Assembly: GCA_030704615.1 (NCBI GenBank)
Contig: CM060733.1
Location: 12,090,001 to 12,154,000 of the forward strand
Direction of reading: 5' to 3'
DNA length: 64,000 bases
DNA from: Takakia lepidozioides
Taxonomy: Eukaryota > Plantae > Bryophyta
The notes under the pieces are model-generated. The model saw only the letters and a list, made by a program, of their open reading frames with translations, was not told the origin of the DNA and did not search any database. The translations under genes and the position numbers were made by a program. Shown here in pieces: positions 56,190-64,000 of the stretch (positions are counted from its first letter, which is position 1; each line of letters opens with the position of its first letter).

Positions 56190-56859
56190 GCGGGCACGGT
56201 TAGTGCGGCATGCCCATGAGGAGTTGGAGCATTTTGGGGTGCGACGCACTCATAGTCTACTGCAGGGGCAGTATTGGTGGCGTGGTATGCACACAGAGGT
56301 GCAACAATTTGTGGCTAGGTGCATGGTGTTTGACAGGATGCGTGCTTCATTCAACGCCCCTACTCCACAATTGCACCCTCTTCTGATCATGGGATTGGGC
56401 TACAGGTGGAGTCTTGACTTCGCAGGGCCGTTGCCACTGACCATGCGCCACAACAAGTACGTGTTGGTGATGGTGGAGCACTTCTCCAAGTGGATTGAAT
56501 TGGTTCCATTGCCTGATAAGGCTGGTGAGGGAGCTGCGTATGCATTCTTGGATTGTGTGCTTAGCCGATTCGGTGCTCCAGCTGAGGTACTCACGGACCA
56601 AGGGAGAGCGTTCTTGGGGGAGTTTCAGGCTTTGTGTGACAAGGCCTTGATAGACCACCGCACCACTTCTCGGGATCATCCTGAGGCCGATGGCTTGACA
56701 GAGAGAGTTGTTCAGACAGTAAAGAGGGGTTTGCGCAAGTATGGCTTGCAGAAGGGACACCTAGGAGATTGGGACCTTCAGTTACCCTGGTTAGCCATGG
56801 GCTACAGGTTCAGCAAGCAAGCATCACTTGCCTCCTTCTCACCATACTTTCTTCTCTTT
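56190..56859 (+). pseudogene. Integrase (HHCC plus DDE core), C-terminally truncated
   Basis: HAHEELEHFG...CMVF (last Cys mutated), WSLDFAGP, VLTDQG, ADGLTERVVQTVK, SPYFLLFG, then an abrupt switch to the duplicated sequence. Confidence 0.93.
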
Positions 56860-59800
56860 GGAGGTAAAATGGATTAAAACTCCACATAGAGACCAACAAA
56901 TGGGAACTCGAGTTTGTTGTTTCAAATTGTGCTTGACAAGATTTTGCAACTAAAGCTAGTGTAACTTTGAAAGAAAGACAAAATGGTACTAAATGCCATC
57001 AATCTATAGCCACATTTGGAGTACAATACGACAACTATATTATGGTAGGCACTTTTTGACTTTATCTACTAGTATGTCCCAAAAGCCGTCATACATTTCT
57101 TTCTAGTCGTGTCAATCTTGATGGTATACATCAATCTATGGCCAAACATAGAACCCTATCTATATTGTATTATCTACAATGTATACACACACATATATAT
57201 ATTCACAAATCTCTACCATACTGAGGGCCCGAGGGCTAGTTGATATTATTTTTTCTACTTTTTGTTTGTTGTGTCTCAAATGCTATGATAATTATTTTTC
57301 ATCATCTTGAACCTTACTAGCTGTGATATAGAATTTCATGACCTAGACATCAAAGAGTAATATACAACCCTATAATCCAACCACTTAAAATTTCCACCTG
57401 CAGGTACACGGTAAGGATGTGAGAAGAGTATATACTTCTTTGGGACAAGACCAACAACATTACCATGTCTTCAATGATAATGAACCAGCATCATGCATCT
57501 ACGATACTTTCCAGAAGGAAGTGTCAGTGTATTGCAAACTTTTGGACAAGGAAGCTATGGAGTATGTGGGGACCTTCATTCGTACAATCAATACAATTTC
57601 AAATGTAATCCCAAGACGCAATTCCAACAAGATCAGCACCACACACTAGACTCTTTAGCTTTGACGAACAAGCATGCTGACAAGATTTACAAATGGGAGA
57701 ATCTGATAATTGGGTTCTCCAAAAGAAACTTTTATAAGGCCCAACATATTTGGCTAATCAATCAAAGCTAGTCTACTGAAGGGTACCTATATAATTGTGA
57801 TGAATCATAATGAATGTTTGCATAACATAAGTCTTTCCTTAGAAAAATTTAGCCCAACATTTTCGAAGTAGGCTTCAAAGTCCCTTAATGGAAAAGATTC
57901 AGCTGCAAGGTCAGTGAGAAGGGGATCAGCTAGAGATGGAGACAAATCGAGCACATTCTTTGACAACATTGGCAATGTCTCCTCCAACATGCTGTATACA
58001 CTCTACATAAATCAATACCAAAGTTATAAAGTAGTTTGCTAGCTCTCGCGGTACATTCGGATCATATTCGTCACTTCGTCTGAGCACAAATGAACATTAA
58101 GCTCCTGCTTGTAGAACCGCATTTACAAGCATATAACTCATGGTATTGTCATGAGGAACTAATTTCAATGCTTCCTATACAATCGTCTTCATAATTTCAG
58201 CCCTATGCATTCTGCTCATACTTGCCTACGAAGCATTGTCATCCCGGATCAACCTCTATGGCACTGGAATATGAGATTATTTTTTCCTCTATGTACTATT
58301 CTGGGGCTTTTAGTATAGGGTAAGCCTCCGAGTGGACGGGATTACCGAAATGAGCCCAACCACGAGGCGGTAGCCGAGTGGCAGGGCGAGTGTAGGTAAT
58401 CCCCTCCACTCTGAGGTTTACCATGCGTGAAGAACGCACAGGGAACGTTGTAATGCACTGGTTAGCCTGGCGGGTAGAATCTTATAGGATTCTACATTCC
58501 TAGTGACATTCCTGCACACGGGTACGAACAAGAACAATTTTATATAATTGGAAAAAGTACGCAGAAGTCATTGTCAAATTACCTGAGATCTGTACCAATT
58601 GAAATAATCATATGTACATTCACCTAGGAATATCCAGACTGATTGATACAGAAGCGTGTCCCAGACCCTTAAACAGCGGAATGCCCACCCACATGACATC
58701 GTAAGTTAACCTGTATCCCAACCCCGGTAGAGTCCTGAGACAAATGCATTTACGTATCTCAAAGAATTGGCCCGTCGCTTTCATAAAGCGACCCTCTTGG
58801 GTGTCACTTTTCCCGATCCGACCTCTGGGAGTCCTAAAACCCTTCGATGTCCCACGACTCCATCAAGGAGTGGAGTGATTTTGTTAGGCTCGGGGTGGGG
58901 CATGAATGCTATGGGTCACCCTTTCTCCAGTGCCGCAACTACCACCATCCAGTCACATGCCCTGGCGGTTTACAGGAAATTGTGTGAGACAAACTTCACT
59001 GAACAATTCAAGCATGTGGTGGTGTTGGGGGGCTTCAACCTCCGGATCACAAGCTCAGCCGCCAAAGAGAAGAAATTCACTCTTTCATCTGATATGCAAA
59101 GATCTTCAAGGAATAATTGAGAAATTAATTGCGGATTGCAAACTGATGTACAATTTTGTTCCTAGATTTTTTAGTCACTGGTGGTTGATGTGGAGAAGGT
59201 TATTGTGCTTTTGTGTATGTCTTTCAACAAGGCTTGTGGATTCTTGCAGCAACCATTCATACTCTGCATGAAATGTGGTATAAAAGCTCACCTACGACAA
59301 CCCAAACCAATGACAAAATGAGTATATAAAAATTGAATGTATGAAATATTCATACAAGAAATTATAAAAGACCGAATGAAAAATATGGAAGTTATATGAT
59401 GTGGACATCATTTTAAGAGAGACCATTTGTCACAGTAAGCTCAAAACGTTATTCTACTTGACCTTGGATATCAATAATAATCACAACAATTGTGGCTATT
59501 GCGAACTTTTGATGGAAGCGCTTAAAAAAGGTAGAGATAGAATTATTGGTCAGAAATTCAAGACATGATGAGTTGCCAAGGGCCGTGCAATGGATTCCAC
59601 AAGTGTGATGGTTGTTATTTTCAGACATAATTCTAGATCTTTTTTTTCGAACTTCATTTTGAGGCATATACTGAAATTTACCAAGTGCACATATTAACCA
59701 CCCCTAACAACTTGTGTGCATGGGTCTAGACCAAAGAACCAAGATGATAATGCTAACAGTGGTGTATCTCTCTTTGTTAGTCATAATACAATGCAAATAT

Positions 59801-62800
59801 ATATTGTCAGAATCAAACACAAAAGGTTTCGTAAAGTTTGTATAGTAGCTTAAGACCATCCTCTCAAACAGAGCATCTTTAACAGTCAAATCAAGATCAT
59901 GATCTACTATCAGTAGCGGACTTGACAATGGAACAAAAACATAGAGATGGTAGAGAAAATGAAGAGACATAAATAAAAATAGCATACAATGAAATATGAG
60001 AGTGGATTTATACTAACGGAATGATGTTGAATTCATGTGCACCTTGCAGATGAGAAGATTTGATTGTGTTGAAGTGCGCCGAAGTTGCATGATAGACCTA
60101 TGGTATGGAAATCAAAGTAATTATGAGCTGTTCGTAGATAAAACGTCATTCTAACAATGACGGTTACGAGCAGTTTGTTATACATGTAAAACATGCATCA
60201 CTTTGAATCTACAACAATATTGCCAAAACACAAGCAAGTAAAGAAGAGTACAACAAACTCATGTTGGTCGTGATCCACTTGAATGTCGAAGGCTCTGTGG
60301 GCTACTTTTGCATGGCGCAACATTCAAGTGCAAGATAATATTGCCATGATTGAAGACCCTTCTTGAGAGAATGGCCATAGCCATATTATGGAACAATGCA
60401 AAGGGAACACCAGAGTGATTCACGACCTTATATGTACATAGTGATTCTATCAACAACACAAATTCAAAGGTAGGACAATCAACCTCACGGATCCAAAGAG
60501 ATTGTGATAAAAACTACCGTCCTTTGACCACATTTTCTCCTTCGACTTCAACATGAAGCATAATATCTATTTTATAATGCAACAAAAGAAACCTTGAACC
60601 CTAATTGGATGTAAAACTTAAGCAATGAATGAAAAGTTTAAATAATGAATGAAAAAGAAGTTTGGGATTTGAACCCACTGTTGGTATTGGAAACCAGAAT
60701 TGCAATTATAATATAGTGTATCTATCATGTATTGACTAGGGCTACGCGTTGCTCCGCTAGTGACGACTTCTGAGAACAATAATCAAGTTTTATAGAAATA
60801 TAATGTAGGAGTATAATCTCACGGTATTTTTGTCGGATTTAGGCAGCATCGGAAGTAGTTATAGTTATGGTTATAGTCTTTTAGGTGAAGTGACATCATA
60901 AGTTATGTTTGCTTCTGCAAAAGTTGTTTTCCCTTCCTTCCTTCTTATATCGTTCGATAACTCTTCATATTCTAAAATTTAATTAAAAATACAACAGATA
61001 TATAGGGAAAAACATTTCAAATAAACTTTTAAATTCAAAAAATTATTAACTTTAAAATCAGAACATATTCAATTAATGGTAACATTTTTATTATAGAGAA
61101 TAATATTTTAATATTTGACGCCTCCCGAAGGAAGCGTAAATTATGGTGTCTCTTCACCCCCAAAGGGTTACTGCCTTCCGTTAGGAAGGTGGACACCTTT
61201 GTGACACCAAGGGTGGATTGAACCCACAACCACTTCCGAGGTGGTATGTGCCCATCACCACTAGGCTACAACTTGATTGTCTATTATAGAGAACAAAAAG
61301 TCCGATTGGAGATGATGTAACTAAGTGCCATTTCATTTTATTCTAGCGACGACCGAAGGTCGGAAGCTAGTTTATCGTAGAGCAGGAATAGGGTGCCAAA
61401 GTGCCACGTTTTTATCGCCAAGTCATCATCGTCATGTCATCTGCGTCAAATTGTTTACATCTGCCCGGATTGCCCGCCCAAAAACGCCAATAGAATTCGT
61501 CGCGCCAACTGTTTCGAAACTGCCCAAACTGCCATTTTCTTGAACCGCAGGAGGGGGTTCACAGGCCAATAGCAATTCGCAGATGGAGACGTTCACGGAT
61601 TCTGAGTACACAGCAGGAGCTCTCACAATGGTGGGACAACCGCAATCGCAAGCTGTGGCTTTTCTTAATGTACGATGTGAAGAAGTTTGTCCATCTTGAA
61701 AATGGGTACCATGATTTGTTATTCTTCCTGATGTTTACAAGGTTCTTGGGAGATTCAGCTTGGTGTTAGCAGGCCGTGTTTCAATCTCTGCCTGCTCAGC
61801 TGTACCGTGGTGGTTCTCACAGACCAATCCGACATTACCTGACTATAGACACAAACAGCACACACAAGAGGTCCTTTTAGGTTGATGGTCGGCCAAATCC
61901 TCCATGGGTCATGACACAAGGTCAAGGACAATGTGGTGAGGGCACCTTCTTCTTCGATCTATTTGAGCCTGTTTTGCCCTCTCATCAGACTCGGCCTTGA
62001 CAAGTTACTGTCGTTGTGGCAGCAGGAAAGTATCCAAAAACAGATAACAGAGATGAGGAGAATCTTGGGAATGAACACTTTTCCGACCCCAGTCAATGGT
62101 GGGACAATGGACACAAAAAGGTGAATCTCTGTTGGACTACAGAGAGAAGCAGATGCAATTCAGAATTGGGGTGTCAGGTGCTAGAAGTCTCCATGGGTCA
62201 TGAAACAAGGTAAGAACAATGTGGTGAGGGCACCTTCTTCTTCGACCTCTTTCAGCCTGTTTTGTCCTCTCATCAGATTCGACCCTGAGATGTGGGTCCA
62301 GATTCATCCAAGAGGGTCGGATTTCAAGCTCCAGATCACCTATGATTCCATATGGAAGGATAGCTACAAGAAACCTGCATGGGTAGATGGTCAACTGGAA
62401 GCCGCAACAACAGGAGCAGCCGTACAATTAATAATGTCAGGCATTGCTAATGAAGGCACCTTCTTCAAAACATTTCACCCTGTTTTTCCCTCTTCTCACA
62501 ATCGGCCCTAAATTTTCATGTTGAATTCTGCAAGGTAGCTGGTTGAGTGAACCTTTGATAGTTTGGAGTGACTTTGACATGATACTACTGCCAATATAAC
62601 AACAGTGAAGTATCCATAAATAGGTAACAGAGACGAGGAGAGGTTGTGAAATGAATACTTTTCTGACCCCAGTCAATGGTGGGACAATGGAGACAAAAGG
62701 TGAATGCCTATTGGATTACAGAGAGTAGCAGATGCAATTGAGGATATGAACTAGAGCGACATGTTGAGTTGGGTGTTTCCTAGAACAAATCTAGGCTGTC

Positions 62801-64000
62801 ATTGTCAGCTGATAGCAACAAGGCAGGGATATATGTATGATTTGTGCAGAGGCATGGATAGCTGAAGGAGCATGGATAGTGTGTGGGTGGACAGATTCAT
62901 CCAAGAGGGCCGACTTCAAGCTCCAGATGACCTATGATTCCATGTGTATCAAATAGCTACAATAAACCTGCATGGGTAGATGGTCAACTAAAGGCAACAG
63001 CTGCAGTGGCGCAGTTGATAGAATCAGGCACCTCAACCATGACCACAACTTCTGGAAGAGGATCAAGAGAGGGAGTCCACAATGCCTTTTCTGGCACTTC
63101 TGGGCATGTGAAGATCTTTTGTGCGGCAGTCAGCCTGACAGACTCCAAACCAATGGGGCATTTCAGCAGATTCAGATACGTATGTCTGTCTCTTGCTTAA
63201 GTGCATCAAGATGGAAGGTCTAGAAGCTGGAAAGCAGGTGCACACTCACATTATCCAAAGTGGATTCACACCAAATGTTTTTCTACTCAACACCCTTGTC
63301 AACATGTATGTTAAGTGCGGGAGCATCGTGGATGCTCACCAAGTGTTCAACAAAATGCCTCAACGATCTTTGATCACTTGATAATGTTGGCAGGATTTAC
63401 CAAGCATGGGTGTGGTAGGAATGCTTTGGAGACCTATGAGCAAATGTTGCGCGAAGGGGTGAAGCCTGACCGCATAACGTTGGTTTGCATTTGTAATGTG
63501 TGTGCAAGCCTGGCAGCCCTGGATGCAAAGGGAGTGTTTGACAGTATGGCTGAGCGAGATGTGGTGTCGTGGAGTGCGATGATTGCAGGAGATGCACAAC
63601 AATGGGCGGGATGGAGGCTTTGGAGACCTATGAGCAATTGATGTGCCGCATAACGTTTGTTTGCATTTACAATGCGTGTGCAAGCCTGGCAGCCTTGGAA
63701 AGGTGCAAAGAGGTCCATGGTGACATCGTCAAAGCTGGATTTTTCATCTTGAACACTGCCCTGCTGGACATGTATGTGTGAGTGCATCGAGGATGCAAAG
63801 GGAGTGTTGAACAGTATGGCTGAATGAAATGTGGTGTCGTGGAGTGCGATGATTGCAGGATATGCACAGCAGGGGCGTGGGATGGAGGCTTTGGAGACCT
63901 ATGAGCAAATGATGGGGGAAGGTTGAAGCCCGACCACATCACGTTTGTGTGCGTTTGCAATGCGTGTGCAAGCCTGGCAGCCCTGTAAAAGGGCAAAGAG
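56860..64000 (+). repeat. Copy 2 of the duplication (=38273 to ~45413), running past the window end
   Basis: Near-identical; by eye 7 substitutions and one 1-bp indel over ~7.1 kb. Confidence 0.97.

Larger units (their letters stand above)
47341..56859 (+). mobile_element. Ty3/Gypsy LTR retrotransposon: LTR - PBS - gag - PR - C5 DNA methyltransferase - RT - RNase H - IN; 3' end removed by the duplication junction
   Basis: Domain order PR-RT-RH-IN defines Ty3/Gypsy. Putative LTR ends ...CCTTGTACA (50095), followed by a degenerate tRNA-iMet PBS. LTR start uncertain (TGTTGG at 47341 or TGTGAC at 47195). Confidence 0.92.

Noticed and set aside
38273-64000. The two long copies as LTRs of the Gypsy element
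   Set aside because: They contain a SINE and a PPR pseudogene, lack TG...CA ends, and the junction cuts the integrase mid-domain.

Overview
Plant nuclear DNA with spliceosomal introns and plastid-targeted genes. A non-seed plant such as a bryophyte is an inference only. The first ~35 kb is gene-dense: PGR5, a DDX11/CHL1 helicase remnant, a deletion-riddled DiT1 pseudogene, a plastid 2,3-BPG-dependent phosphoglycerate mutase, HSA32, a serine carboxypeptidase-like gene, ATG16 (its GC-AG first intron holds a 5'-truncated LINE) and a Ycf23/DUF561 gene. The right half is repeat-rich: a tRNA-derived SINE, and a PDF(OSB)-motif plus PLS-E PPR pseudogene interrupted by a complete non-autonomous CACTA element and probably a second CACTA. 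Nested there is the main finding, a Ty3/Gypsy LTR retrotransposon whose pol frame carries a full DNMT3-like C5 cytosine methyltransferase domain between protease and reverse transcriptase. The element is cut in its integrase by the junction of a near-identical duplication (offset 18,587 bp): 38273 onward is repeated from 56860 to the window end.
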